Shown here one piece after another: positions 29,832-39,659 of a DNA stretch of 64,000 nt (positions are counted from its first letter, which is position 1; every line of letters starts with the position of its first letter). The notes beneath the pieces are model-generated. The model had not been told where the DNA came from, made no database searches, and worked only from the letters and a program-made list of their open reading frames with translations. Source of the stretch: Dehalococcoidia bacterium (lineage in GTDB: Bacteria; Chloroflexota; Dehalococcoidia; Tepidiformales; Tepidiformaceae). The position numbers and the translations under genes are program-made. The stretch is from assembly GCA_020847985.1 (NCBI GenBank), contig JADLBC010000025.1, forward strand, positions 24,124 to 88,123, in the 5' to 3' direction.

Positions 29832-31103
29832 GTGAGCGCGCCCGTGGGTAGCCGTGCGCTGCGCGCGCTCGCGCCCTGGTGGGAAGTCGTCCTGCTCGGG
29901 GTGCTCACCGTCGGCGCCTACGGCCTGGTGATGTACTCCTTCGGCGTCCTCATCGGGCCCATCCGTGAAGCGACCGGATGGCCCATCGGCGGGCTCTCTC
30001 TCGCCTACACCGTGAGTTCGCTCCTGGGAGGCCTCGCGGCGCCGTTCACCGGGTGGCTGCTCGACCGCTTCGGCCCACGGCCGGTGATCGTGGGGTCGCT
30101 CGTGCTGGGCAGCGGCGGGCTGCTGGCGGCGGCGAGCGCACCTTCCCTGCCGCTCTTCGTGCTGGCATGGGGCACCGGCGGCGGCATCGTCTCGGCGGGG
30201 CTGTACTACAGCGTGAGCATGGCCGTCACGGCGCGGCTTTTCGTGGAGAAGCGGCTGCGCGCCTTCGCCATCCTGACCTTCATCGGCGGGCTCGCGAGCG
30301 TCGTGTTCTTCCCCATCGCCGGGCTCCTCGTGGAGCAGCTTTCCTGGCGAACGGCCCTGCGCGTGCTCGTGGCGCTGATGGCCATCCATTGCCTCCCGGC
30401 GGCGCTGCTCGTCCGGCGGGGGCGGTCGGCGGCCGGTGGGCGGGTCGCGTTCTGGAGCGGAATGGGCGAGGCGCTTCGGCTGCCGGAAGCGCGTTGGATG
30501 ATCGGGATGTTCGCGCTGGCCGGCCTCTCAGTGTCGGCGGTGCAGGTCCACCAGGTGCCGGCCATGACGGCCGGCGGCATCTCGCTCGCGGCGGCCACGA
30601 CGATCGCCTCGGTGAAGGGGCTGCTGTCGTTGCCCGGCCGCGCCGGGACCGAGGCCGTGGTGCGGCGGGCGGGGGTGCCGGTGGCACTCGGCGCGGCCTA
30701 CGCGGCGATGGCCGCCGGCACGCTGACGCTCGCATTCGGGGGCATCGGCGCGGCGCTGGCGTTCATGACCGTGACGGGGCTCGCGTTCGGGACGATTTCG
30801 CCGCTGCAGGGCCTGTTCGCCGCGAACGTCTACGGCGAACGGCGGCTGGGCACGCTGATGGGCGTCCAGACCTTCCTCGTCAGCCTCGCGGGAGCCGGGG
30901 GGCCCGTCGTCCTGGGGATCGCGGTCGATGCGACGGGCGGCTATCGCGCGGGGATCATCGCGAGCGCGCTGCTGGCGGGGGCGGCCCTGCTGATGCTGGT
31001 CACCCGGCCGCGCGCTGAGCCTCAGCCCGCGGCGGACGACTCCGATGACCCGTCGTCCGGGTTGTCGGGGGCGCCGACTTCGTCCTCTTTCGCTTCGAAA
31101 TAG
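29832..31103 (+). CDS. MFS transporter
   Basis: The product has about 12 hydrophobic segments. The GTG at 29832 is proposed as the start, but this is uncertain. Confidence 0.8.
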   Translation: MSAPVGSRALRALAPWWEVVLLGVLTVGAYGLVMYSFGVLIGPIREATGWPIGGLSLAYTVSSLLGGLAAPFTGWLLDRFGPRPVIVGSLVLGSGGLLAAASAPSLPLFVLAWGTGGGIVSAGLYYSVSMAVTARLFVEKRLRAFAILTFIGGLASVVFFPIAGLLVEQLSWRTALRVLVALMAIHCLPAALLVRRGRSAAGGRVAFWSGMGEALRLPEARWMIGMFALAGLSVSAVQVHQVPAMTAGGISLAAATTIASVKGLLSLPGRAGTEAVVRRAGVPVALGAAYAAMAAGTLTLAFGGIGAALAFMTVTGLAFGTISPLQGLFAANVYGERRLGTLMGVQTFLVSLAGAGGPVVLGIAVDATGGYRAGIIASALLAGAALLMLVTRPRAEPQPAADDSDDPSSGLSGAPTSSSFASK

Positions 31104-32101
31104 CTGCCGGGCTTGCGGCGGGCGAGGAAGTAATCGAGCGCGACCTTGATGGCGGCGGCGGCGGGCAGCGAGAGCAGGATGCCCGTCACGCCCAGCAGTT
31201 CGCCGCCGATGAGCACCGTGAGAAGCACGACGAGCGGCTGCAGCCCGAGCGTCTGCCCGTAGACGCGCGGCACGAGCAGGCGGTCTTCGAACTGCTGGTA
31301 CACGAGCAGGGCGATGAGCACGATGAGGGCGCGGGTGACGGACTGGTCGAAGGCGGCGAACACCGGCGGGACGATGGCGATGAACGCGCCGATGAGCGGG
31401 ATGATATCGGCGAAGCCCGCGAGCACGGCAAAGGCGAGCGCGTTGTCGACCCCGAGAATGAGCAGCACCGCGAGCGTGTAGAGCGCGATGATCGCGGAGG
31501 TGATGACCTGGCCGCGGATGTAGCCGCCGACGACGCGGCCCATCGCCTCGAGCAGTTCGTCCGCTTCGTGCTCGCGGCGGTCGGGGATGAAGCGGTAGAG
31601 GTAGGCCTTCATCTTCGGCGCATCGACGAGCAGGTAGGCCGTGAGCACGATGATGGTGAGCGCCGAAAGAAGCCCGAAGAGCACCTTCTGCCCATAATCG
31701 ACGGCGACGCGGCCGGAGACGACTTCGCTCCAGTTGATCTCCTCGGCGCGGTCGCTGAGTTCGACGTCGACGCCGAAATCGGCGAGGAAGTCCTCGAGGC
31801 GCTGGGCGTCGTTGGGGAGGTTGTCACGGAGGTCGGTGAATTCGCTCACCATCGCGGGGACGAACATCGCCGCGAGGCCGCCGAGGATGGCGAGGACCGC
31901 GAGGATGACCACGAGGACGGCCACCACGCGCGGGAAGCGATGGCGCACGAGCCATTCGACGTAGGGGAGCAGCGCGGCCATGAAGATGAAGGCGACGGCG
32001 ATGAGGAGCACGACCGCCCAGACCTGGGGGATGACCCAGACCGCACCGATGGCCGCGGCAAGCACGAACAGACCCCGCCAGGAGACCTCGAGCTTGAACA
32101 C
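31022..32101 (-). CDS. AI-2E family transporter (PerM-like)
   Basis: GGAGG lies 4 nt before the GTG at 32101, which was checked. The polytopic product contains GFADIIPLIGAFIA. Its 3' end overlaps the convergent MFS gene by 82 nt. Confidence 0.85.
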   Translation of the reverse strand: MFKLEVSWRGLFVLAAAIGAVWVIPQVWAVVLLIAVAFIFMAALLPYVEWLVRHRFPRVVAVLVVILAVLAILGGLAAMFVPAMVSEFTDLRDNLPNDAQRLEDFLADFGVDVELSDRAEEINWSEVVSGRVAVDYGQKVLFGLLSALTIIVLTAYLLVDAPKMKAYLYRFIPDRREHEADELLEAMGRVVGGYIRGQVITSAIIALYTLAVLLILGVDNALAFAVLAGFADIIPLIGAFIAIVPPVFAAFDQSVTRALIVLIALLVYQQFEDRLLVPRVYGQTLGLQPLVVLLTVLIGGELLGVTGILLSLPAAAAIKVALDYFLARRKPGSYFEAKEDEVGAPDNPDDGSSESSAAG

Positions 32102-32194
32102 AAGACCTCCCGGGGCGTGCTCGGGCCATTGTGCCTGCCGCGGCGGATTCCTCACAGTGCCCGGGCGGCCGGTATAGTGCCGCCGGGAGCCGCC

Positions 32195-32752
32195 ATGATC
32201 ACGTCGATTGACGCCTTCCTCCGCTACTTCGATGCCGTGCACCGGCGCGCCGTGCGCGACATCGCCGCGCTGCCGCCGGAAGCCGATGGCTGGCGCCCGG
32301 CCGTGGGGACCGGCGAGAACGCCTGGAGCATCAACCAGGTCATCGGGCACATGGCCGGGTCGCGGTTGTACTTCGCGAGCGCCTACGCCGGCAACGGGTG
32401 GGTCAGCCCGCGGCCGCCAGATGTGCGTTCGCGCGCGCAGTGGGTGCCCGCGATCGAGGCGAGCGCCCGGGCGCTGCGCGAGGCGCTCGAGGGCACGCCG
32501 GACGCATGGCTGGCGCGCAAGGTGGCGATGATCGACTCGGCCGGGGAACTCTCGGGGTGGCGCGTGCTCATGATGATGGTCGAGCACGACATCCATCACC
32601 GCAGCCAGGTCGATACCTACGCGGGCGCGAACGGCTGGGACGTGCCGCAGATCTTCGACCGCTCGGCGGAGACGATCGAACGGCTGCAGCCAGGGCAACG
32701 GGCGAAGCACGGCCGCGACGGGCAACGCGCCGGCGGTTCGCAAGGCGGCTGA
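32195..32752 (+). CDS. DinB-family protein
   Basis: WSINQVIGHM and EHDIHHRSQV are a His-triad pattern. Confidence 0.8.
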   Translation: MITSIDAFLRYFDAVHRRAVRDIAALPPEADGWRPAVGTGENAWSINQVIGHMAGSRLYFASAYAGNGWVSPRPPDVRSRAQWVPAIEASARALREALEGTPDAWLARKVAMIDSAGELSGWRVLMMMVEHDIHHRSQVDTYAGANGWDVPQIFDRSAETIERLQPGQRAKHGRDGQRAGGSQGG

Positions 32753-32855
32753 AAGACCAATTCCGCACGCCGCTTCACGCGGATGGTCGTTTGCGTGTTC
32801 TACGATTACGGGAGGAGTGCCGGACCGGGAGCCGCGGCACCCAGGAGGCTCGCCG

Positions 32856-33878
32856 ATGACCTCGGCCCGAGCGAACCGCAGCCGTTCGAAACAGCCGATC
32901 GAGGATTATCTCCTGAGCGAGGAGCAGCTGGAGGAGATGTACTACCGCATGCTCCTCAGCCGGCGGCTGAACGAGCGGATGATCGCCATGAACCGGCAGG
33001 GGCGGGCGGCGTTCGTCATCGCCGGGGCCGGGCAGGAAGCGGCGCAGGTGGGCGCGGCGATGGCGCTCCAGCCGGGGGTCGACTACCTCGCGCCGTATTA
33101 CCGCGACCTGGGCATGAACCTCGTGTTCGGCATGAACGCCCGCGAGGCGATGCTCAACGTCCTCGGCAAGATCGATGACCCCAACGGCGGCGGGCGGCAG
33201 ATGCCATCGCACTGGGGGAATCGCGAACGGCACATCGTCTCGCAATCGAGCGTGGTGGCGACGCAGTTCCTGCACGCCGCGGGCATCGCGCTCGGGGCGA
33301 AGCTGCGCCAGGACCCGGTGGTGGTGATGGCCACCTGCGGCGAGGGCAGCACGAGCCGTGGCGACTTCCACGAGGCGCTCAACTTCGCCACCATCCATCG
33401 CCTGCCCGTCATCTTCTTCATCGAAAACAACGGCTACGCCATCTCCGAACGCACGGACAAAGAGATGGCCACGGCGGGCGTGGCACAGCGCGCCAGGGGA
33501 TACGGCCTGCGCGGCATCGTCGTCGATGGGATGGACGGGATCGCGGTGTACCAGGCCGTGCGCCCGGCGGTCGACCAGGCGCGGCGCGGGGGCGGGCCGT
33601 TCCTCATCGAAGCACGCTGCTACCGCCTCTGGCCACATTCGAGCGACGACGACGACACCCGCTACCGGCCACGCAAGGAACTCGAGGAGTGGGCCGCGAA
33701 GGACCCCATCAAGCTCTTCCGCGAGCGCGTGGAGCGCGACGGCATCTTCCCGCGCGAAGACCTCGACGCGATCGAGGCGCGCGTGGACGAAGAGGTGCGC
33801 GAAGCCGCCGCCTGGGCGCAGCAGCAACCCGACCCGAAGCCCGAGGATGCGCTCGGCTTCGTCTACAAGGAGGGCTGA
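32856..33878 (+). CDS. 2-oxoacid dehydrogenase E1 component, alpha subunit (TPP-dependent)
   Basis: YRMLLSRRLNERM and GEGSTSRGDFHEALNFA are present. AGGAGG lies 7 nt upstream of the ATG at 32856. Confidence 0.9.
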   Translation: MTSARANRSRSKQPIEDYLLSEEQLEEMYYRMLLSRRLNERMIAMNRQGRAAFVIAGAGQEAAQVGAAMALQPGVDYLAPYYRDLGMNLVFGMNAREAMLNVLGKIDDPNGGGRQMPSHWGNRERHIVSQSSVVATQFLHAAGIALGAKLRQDPVVVMATCGEGSTSRGDFHEALNFATIHRLPVIFFIENNGYAISERTDKEMATAGVAQRARGYGLRGIVVDGMDGIAVYQAVRPAVDQARRGGGPFLIEARCYRLWPHSSDDDDTRYRPRKELEEWAAKDPIKLFRERVERDGIFPREDLDAIEARVDEEVREAAAWAQQQPDPKPEDALGFVYKEG

Positions 33879-33879
33879 G

Positions 33880-34857
33880 ATGGCGGCGATGACGGTCATC
33901 GAGGCCGTGCGGGCCACCCTCGATGAGGCGCTCGGCGGCGACGAACGCGTGTTTCTGCTGGGCGAGGATGTCGAGGCCGGCGGCGTGTTCCGCGCGACCG
34001 AAGGGCTCGTGGCGAAGTACCCCGGGCGCGTGCTCGATTCGCCGCTGGCGGAATCGTCGATCATCGGGCTCAGCATCGGCGCCGCGCACTACGGCATGCG
34101 CCCGGTGGCCGAGATCCAGTTCGCGGATTTCATCCACGCGGGGTTCGACCAGCTTTGCAGCGAGGCATCGCGCTGGAGCTACCGCACCCGCGGCGATTCG
34201 TGGCTGCCGATGGTGGTGCGCACGCCCTGGGGGGGCGGCGTCCACGGCGGGCAGCACCATTCGCAGAGCATCGAGGCGTACTACGCGCACATGCCCGGGA
34301 TCAAGGTGGTGGCGCCGTCGTTCCCGGCGGACTACCGGTCGCTCCTGAAGGCGGCCATCGCCGATCCGAACCCCGTCCTCTTCCTCGAACACAAGCGGAC
34401 GTACCGGCTGGTGAAGCAGGAGATGGAGGGTGCGCCGGCCGAGGAGGTCATAGGGCGGGCGCGAATCACGCGGCGCGGGGAAGACCTCACGATCTTCGCC
34501 TACGGACTGATGCTGCACGAATCGCTCGCGGCGGCGGAGCAGATCGCGGCGGACGGCATCGATGCCATGGTCGTGGACCTGCTCACGCTCAACCCGCTCG
34601 ACCGCGAGACGATCCTGGAGGCGGCGAAGGCGACGGGCAAGGTGCTGATCGTGCATGAGGACACGCTCACCGGCGGGCTTGGGGGCGAAATCGCGGCGAT
34701 CATCGCCGAGCACGCCTTCGAGCACCTCGACGCGCCCATCCGCCGGGTGGCCGGCCCCGATATCCCGCCGATGCCGTTCCATCACACGATGGAATCCTTC
34801 TTCATGCCGGACCGGGCGAAAATCGCCGCGGCCGCGCGCGACCTGGCAGCGTACTAG
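33880..34857 (+). CDS. 2-oxoacid dehydrogenase E1 component, beta subunit
   Basis: VFLLGEDV, DSPLAESSIIG and QHHSQS are present. AAGGAGGG lies upstream of the start. Confidence 0.9.
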   Translation: MAAMTVIEAVRATLDEALGGDERVFLLGEDVEAGGVFRATEGLVAKYPGRVLDSPLAESSIIGLSIGAAHYGMRPVAEIQFADFIHAGFDQLCSEASRWSYRTRGDSWLPMVVRTPWGGGVHGGQHHSQSIEAYYAHMPGIKVVAPSFPADYRSLLKAAIADPNPVLFLEHKRTYRLVKQEMEGAPAEEVIGRARITRRGEDLTIFAYGLMLHESLAAAEQIAADGIDAMVVDLLTLNPLDRETILEAAKATGKVLIVHEDTLTGGLGGEIAAIIAEHAFEHLDAPIRRVAGPDIPPMPFHHTMESFFMPDRAKIAAAARDLAAY

Positions 34858-34874
34858 CCAACGGGGAGGCAGCG

Positions 34875-36200
34875 ATGGCGACGGTGATGATGCCGCAACT
34901 CGGCGAGAGCGTGACGGAGGGCACGATCATCCAGTGGCTCAAGCAGCCCGGCGACCGCGTGCGCATCGATGAGCCGCTCTGCGAAATCGAGACCGAGAAG
35001 GTGACGGCGGAGCTGCCCTCGGAGTTCGAAGGGACGATGGGCGAAATCCTCGTGCCCCAGGGCGAGACCGTGGCCGTGGGCGCCCCGCTGTGCGAAATCG
35101 TGGAGGCGGGTGCGACCGCCGAGGAGGCACCCGAGCCCGTCGCGGCCGGTTCGTGGCAGGGCGGGCCAATGGCCATCCCCGCGGAGCGCACGCTGCCCGC
35201 GAACGAGCCGGCAGCCGCGGCCCCGGGTCCGGCGCTCAAGGCGAACCGCCCGGCGCCGGCGCGGCCGGCAAGCCAGGCGAACGGGCACAACCCCGAGGAT
35301 CGCTCGCGCTTCGTCTCGCCCGCCGTGGGAAGGCTCGCGGCGGAGCACGGCATCGACCTTGCATTGGTCGAAGGCACCGGCATCGGCGGGCGCGTGACCC
35401 GGAAGGACATCGAGGCGCGCATCGCCGCCGGCCCGGCGCAACCGCCCCCCGCGGCCAGGGCGACGGCGGCAGCACCGGCGCCGCCGCGCACCGCGACACC
35501 GGCAGCCGCCGCGGGCGGCGCCTACGAAGTCGTGTCGCTTTCGGCGACGCGACGAACGATCGCGGAGCACCTGCGGCGTTCGAACCTGGAAGCGCCCCAG
35601 GCATGGACGATGGTGGAAGCCGACATCACCGGCCTCGTACGGCTGCGCGAACGGGAACGGGAGCGTTTCGAGCAGGAGGAGGGCGTCGCGCTCACGCTGT
35701 TGCCGTACTTCGCCGCGGCGGTCTGCGAGACGCTGCGCGACTTCCCGATGCTGAACGCGCGCTGGGAGGGCGACGAACTGCGCCGCTACCACGCCTTCGA
35801 CCTCGGCATCGCGGTCGCGGCCGAGAGTGGGCTGGTGGTGCCCGTGGTCCATGGTGCGGGCGACCTGAGCGTGGCCGGCCTGGCGCGGCGCATCTCCGAA
35901 CTGGCGGCGAAGGCGCACGCGCGCACCCTTCGCGTCGAGGACATCGAGGGGGGCACCTTCACCGTGAACAACACGGGTGCCTTCGGATCCATCGCCTCGA
36001 AGCCGATCGTGAACCCGCCCCAGGTGGCAATCGTGACGATGGAGCGGGCGGTGAAGCGCGCCGTCGTTCGCGACGACGACAGCATCGCCGTGCGCTGGAT
36101 GATGAACGTCTGCCTGAGCTTCGACCATCGCGCGCTCGACGGGCTGGAGGCGGGGGGCTTCCTGGCGGCGCTGAAGGGGCGGCTGGAGTCGCAGGCATAG
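34875..36200 (+). CDS. dihydrolipoamide acyltransferase (E2) with lipoyl, E1/E3-binding and catalytic domains
   Basis: CEIETEKVTAELPS is the lipoyl-Lys motif, there is an Ala/Pro linker, and LSFDHRALDG is the catalytic motif. Confidence 0.9.
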   Translation: MATVMMPQLGESVTEGTIIQWLKQPGDRVRIDEPLCEIETEKVTAELPSEFEGTMGEILVPQGETVAVGAPLCEIVEAGATAEEAPEPVAAGSWQGGPMAIPAERTLPANEPAAAAPGPALKANRPAPARPASQANGHNPEDRSRFVSPAVGRLAAEHGIDLALVEGTGIGGRVTRKDIEARIAAGPAQPPPAARATAAAPAPPRTATPAAAAGGAYEVVSLSATRRTIAEHLRRSNLEAPQAWTMVEADITGLVRLRERERERFEQEEGVALTLLPYFAAAVCETLRDFPMLNARWEGDELRRYHAFDLGIAVAAESGLVVPVVHGAGDLSVAGLARRISELAAKAHARTLRVEDIEGGTFTVNNTGAFGSIASKPIVNPPQVAIVTMERAVKRAVVRDDDSIAVRWMMNVCLSFDHRALDGLEAGGFLAALKGRLESQA

Positions 36201-36248
36201 GGGCAGGCATAGGGTGGACGCGGCCCGCCCGCCGTGTAGGCTGCGCCG

Positions 36249-37091
36249 ATGGAACAGCTATCGCCGTCTGAATTCGAACGGCTGCGGCCCCTGGTGCCGC
36301 ACCCGCACGCGGCGGGGCACATGGCCTTCGTCCACAGCGTGATCGACGGCACGATGCCGGGCGCCGCCTTCGCCGAGAGCGCCGGGAGCCCGCGCAGCGC
36401 CATCGTCTGCAACGAAGGCGGGTTCTGGCATGCCATCGGCGAACCGGATGCTCGCTTCGCCCGCGAAGTGGCGGCGGCGCTGCCCGCGCTGGTGCACTAC
36501 CCGGGGACGGCGGTCTGGGCATCGGCGCCCGCCTGGGATGCCGCCCTCGCCGAGGTCTTCGCGCTGCGGCGAGAACGGTTGGAATACACGACGCCGGCAG
36601 GCTTTCCACCTCGCCCGGCACTCCCGCGCGGGTTCCGGATCGAACCCATCGACGCCGCCATCGCGCGGAAGTTCGAGGGAGCGGTGGACCCGTGGGTGGT
36701 GGCCGTCTGGGGTGGCCCGGAGGCGTTCACCGAACGCGCCTTTGGCTTCGCCGTGATGGATGGCGAACGGCTGGCGAGCTTCTGCTGCCCGTGCGCCATC
36801 GGGGGGCCGGCGGGGCTCGTGGAAGGCGAAGTGGAGGTGGGCACGAACGACGCGTACCGCCGCATGGGGCTCGCGCGGGCTGCATCTATCGACTATTTCG
36901 AAGAGTGCCAGAGGCGCGGCCTTGTTCCTTCGTGGACGTGCAGCGCCGATAACATTGCGTCACATCGGCTGGCGATCTCGCTCGGGTTCAAACTCGCGCG
37001 GAGCGTGGGAGGTTATGCCATCGAGCGGGTGATGGAGCGCGATGGCGACGGGAAGTGGCGCATCGCCCCGGAGGCGGCGAATAACCGTTAG
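36249..37091 (+). CDS. GNAT-like acetyltransferase family protein
   Basis: The C-terminal half looks GNAT-like (EVGTNDAYRRMGLA...). The assignment is weaker than for the other GNATs. Confidence 0.6.
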   Translation: MEQLSPSEFERLRPLVPHPHAAGHMAFVHSVIDGTMPGAAFAESAGSPRSAIVCNEGGFWHAIGEPDARFAREVAAALPALVHYPGTAVWASAPAWDAALAEVFALRRERLEYTTPAGFPPRPALPRGFRIEPIDAAIARKFEGAVDPWVVAVWGGPEAFTERAFGFAVMDGERLASFCCPCAIGGPAGLVEGEVEVGTNDAYRRMGLARAASIDYFEECQRRGLVPSWTCSADNIASHRLAISLGFKLARSVGGYAIERVMERDGDGKWRIAPEAANNR

Positions 37092-37403
37092 TGTACTGAA
37101 AACTATAGTCGCAACGGGCTTTTCCGACGTGCAGAACGTTCACAATCGCCTGATTCCCGGGCGAGACAGCGGCGCTGGATCAGAAGGCCGCGTGCAGGCA
37201 CCATGCGCCGACGGTGCGAGGAGGAGCGTCCCGGAAGCGACGTTACGTCGCCTCCGATCGTTCGGAGCTGTACCGGAATAATCACTATCTGTGATGCTCG
37301 TGTGGGCTCTGATTCTTCACACAAGCGTCCCCGGATTTTGTGGACACGCCTGATTTGGCCTGCCTATCATGGCCACCGCCCCTGAACCCAACGGTAACGA
37401 GGT

Positions 37404-38315
37404 ATGCGGCGAATGGACGAGTGCATCGCCCAGTTTTTGAACTTTCTTGCCGTCGAGAAGAACGCTTCGAACAACACGATCGCGGCGTACCGGAACGACC
37501 TCGGGCAGTTTCAGAAGTTCATGGGAGCAGCCGATGGCGGCAAGGACGCCTGGGCGAAAACCGACGGCGGCAAGGTCGTCGCGTTCGTCGAGGACCTGCG
37601 CGAACGGCAGTACAAGGACGCCACGGTGGCGCGCAAAATCGCGGCGGTGAAGTCGTTCTTCGGCTTCCTCGCGGCCGAGGGCCTCGTGCCGCGCGACCCC
37701 ACGGAGCAGCTGAAATCGCCCCAGGTGGGCAAGTCGCTGCCGCGTGCGCTGTCCGTCAAGGAAGTCGATGAGCTGCTCGAGCAGCCCGCCCGGCGCAACA
37801 CCCCCGAGGCGCGCCGCGATAAGGCGATGCTCGAACTCCTCTACGCCACCGGCCTGCGCGTGACCGAGCTCGTCTCGCTCGACCTCGCCGACGTGGCGCT
37901 GGAGAGCGACCCCGTGACCGTGCGCTGCATCGGCAAGGGCGAACGCGAGCGCGTGCTGCCGCTCTATCAGCGGGCGGTGGACGAACTGCGGCAGTACATC
38001 TTCCACGTGCGGCCGCGCCTGGTGCGCAATCGCCGCGAGCCCGCGCTCTTCGTCAACCGGCGGGGCGAGCGGCTCACGCGGCAGGGTTTCTGGCTGATCC
38101 TGAAGAACTACGCGCGGGAAGCGAAGCTCGACAAGACGATCACGCCGCACACGCTTCGCCACACCTATGCGACGCACATGCTTTCGGGCGGCATGCCCCT
38201 GCGAAACGTGCAGGACGCGCTCGGCCACGCGAGCATTTCGACCACGCAGATCTACACGCAGCTGACCGACCAGCAGAAGCGCGCGGAGTACGACAAGGCG
38301 CACCCCCGGGCCTGA
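37404..38315 (+). CDS. xerD: tyrosine recombinase XerC/XerD family
   Basis: NTIAAYRNDL, ATGLRVTEL, HTLRHTYATHML and LGHASISTTQIYT (RHRY pattern) are present. Confidence 0.85.
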   Translation: MRRMDECIAQFLNFLAVEKNASNNTIAAYRNDLGQFQKFMGAADGGKDAWAKTDGGKVVAFVEDLRERQYKDATVARKIAAVKSFFGFLAAEGLVPRDPTEQLKSPQVGKSLPRALSVKEVDELLEQPARRNTPEARRDKAMLELLYATGLRVTELVSLDLADVALESDPVTVRCIGKGERERVLPLYQRAVDELRQYIFHVRPRLVRNRREPALFVNRRGERLTRQGFWLILKNYAREAKLDKTITPHTLRHTYATHMLSGGMPLRNVQDALGHASISTTQIYTQLTDQQKRAEYDKAHPRA

Positions 38316-38340
38316 CTTCCCCCTTGTGAGAGCGAAGGTG

Positions 38341-38365
38341 AGCCCGCGAACCGCGGGCTTTTTCC
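38341..38365 (+). terminator. intrinsic terminator after the xerD-like gene
   Basis: An 8-bp stem (AGCCCGCG / CGCGGGCT) with a 3-nt loop is followed by TTTTT. Confidence 0.75.
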
Positions 38366-38416
38366 TTGCCCGGCGGTCGCGGCCGGCCCCGTTCGAGCCT
38401 GTTACGATGCCGCGCG

Positions 38417-39298
38417 ATGGATTCGGACCTGATGGCGGCGCTGATGGCCGATGACCCCCCGGCGGCACTCCGCGCGCTCGACCGCGAGGGCACCCTCACA
38501 CGCCTCATCCCCGAACTCGAAGCCGGCCGCGGGTTCGTCCAGCCCGAACGGCATCACTACACGGTGATCGAACACAACCTCGCGGCGGTGGCCGCGCTCC
38601 ACGAGGCGACGACGGACACCCCCGCGGGCAGGGAACTGCGCGATTCGCTCGCCTGGATCGACATGGACGCGTCGCTGGAGCGCGCGGTGGGAAGCGTGCC
38701 TTTGATGGCGCTGCTGCGGCTCGCCGCGCTCGTGCACGACATCGCGAAGCCGCACACGGCGACGATCGTCGAGGGTGCGCTGCGATTCCCGCGGCATGGG
38801 CCACGCGGCGCGGAATTGCTGCGCGAACGGCTTCCCGCGCTGGGATTTGGCCCTGAAGAGACGGCGTTCGTGGCCGCGATGGTGCGCTACCACCTGCGGC
38901 CGGGCGAACTGGTGAAGGCGTGGCCGCCGACGGACCGCGCCGTCCGCAAGTTCGTGACCGACCTGGACGGCCACGTGCTGCCGCTGATGCTGGTAAACCT
39001 CGCCGATGGCTGGGCGACGCGCGGGCCCGGGTACACGCGGGAGCACTTCCGGCGGCACTGCGGCTTCGTCAATTATGTCACGGCCCGAGCATGGGCTGTC
39101 ATGGATGACGGCGGCGAGGCGCCCCTCATCACGGGCGAGGACCTGATTCGCGAGCTTGACCTCGAAGGTGGACGATTGCTAGGGGCTGTCCTAACATCGG
39201 TTCGCCGGGCCCAGTCAGAGGGCGCAATAACGAACCGGGATGAGGCTCTGGCGTTGGCCGGCGAGCTCCTGGCCAGCATGCGAGCGGAGCAAGCCTGA
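38417..39298 (+). CDS. HD-domain protein (CCA-adding-enzyme C-terminal-like)
   Basis: HHYTVIEHN and LVHDIAKP are present. The ATG at 38417 was checked. Confidence 0.7.
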   Translation: MDSDLMAALMADDPPAALRALDREGTLTRLIPELEAGRGFVQPERHHYTVIEHNLAAVAALHEATTDTPAGRELRDSLAWIDMDASLERAVGSVPLMALLRLAALVHDIAKPHTATIVEGALRFPRHGPRGAELLRERLPALGFGPEETAFVAAMVRYHLRPGELVKAWPPTDRAVRKFVTDLDGHVLPLMLVNLADGWATRGPGYTREHFRRHCGFVNYVTARAWAVMDDGGEAPLITGEDLIRELDLEGGRLLGAVLTSVRRAQSEGAITNRDEALALAGELLASMRAEQA

Positions 39299-39329
39299 GC
39301 TGCTTGCCCGGCCCCAGGAGAAACCCCCC

Positions 39330-39659
39330 ATGGCTGTCATGTGGAGTGTCATCTTCTACACCGTGCTCGCGGTGGCGGCGTTCTATTTCATCCTGCTCCA
39401 GCCGGTGCTCAAGAATCAGCGGGAGCAGAAGAAAGCGGTCCGGGCGCTGCAAATCGGCGATGAAGTGCTGACGACGGGCGGGCTCATCGGCGAAGTGAAG
39501 GACATCATTCAGCCCGTCGACGGGCCAACGGAAATCATCCTCGAAATCGCCGCCGGGGTGCGCGTGCGCGCCGTCACGGATGCGGTTTCGCGACGGCTGA
39601 CAACGCTCGAACCCGCCGAGACGGCAACTTCGCCGGAGGTAATCAAGCCCAGTGCGTAG
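39330..39659 (+). CDS. yajC: preprotein translocase subunit YajC
   Basis: LLQPVLKNQREQKK, GDEVLTTGGLIGEV are present. Confidence 0.85.
   Translation: MAVMWSVIFYTVLAVAAFYFILLQPVLKNQREQKKAVRALQIGDEVLTTGGLIGEVKDIIQPVDGPTEIILEIAAGVRVRAVTDAVSRRLTTLEPAETATSPEVIKPSA

Noticed and set aside
37270-37300. A dif-like Xer site (ATCAC-N5-GTGAT) upstream of the xerD-like gene
   Set aside because: The arms do not resemble the conserved XerD-arm TTATGT-type motif, and the spacing does not fit an 11-6-11 layout.
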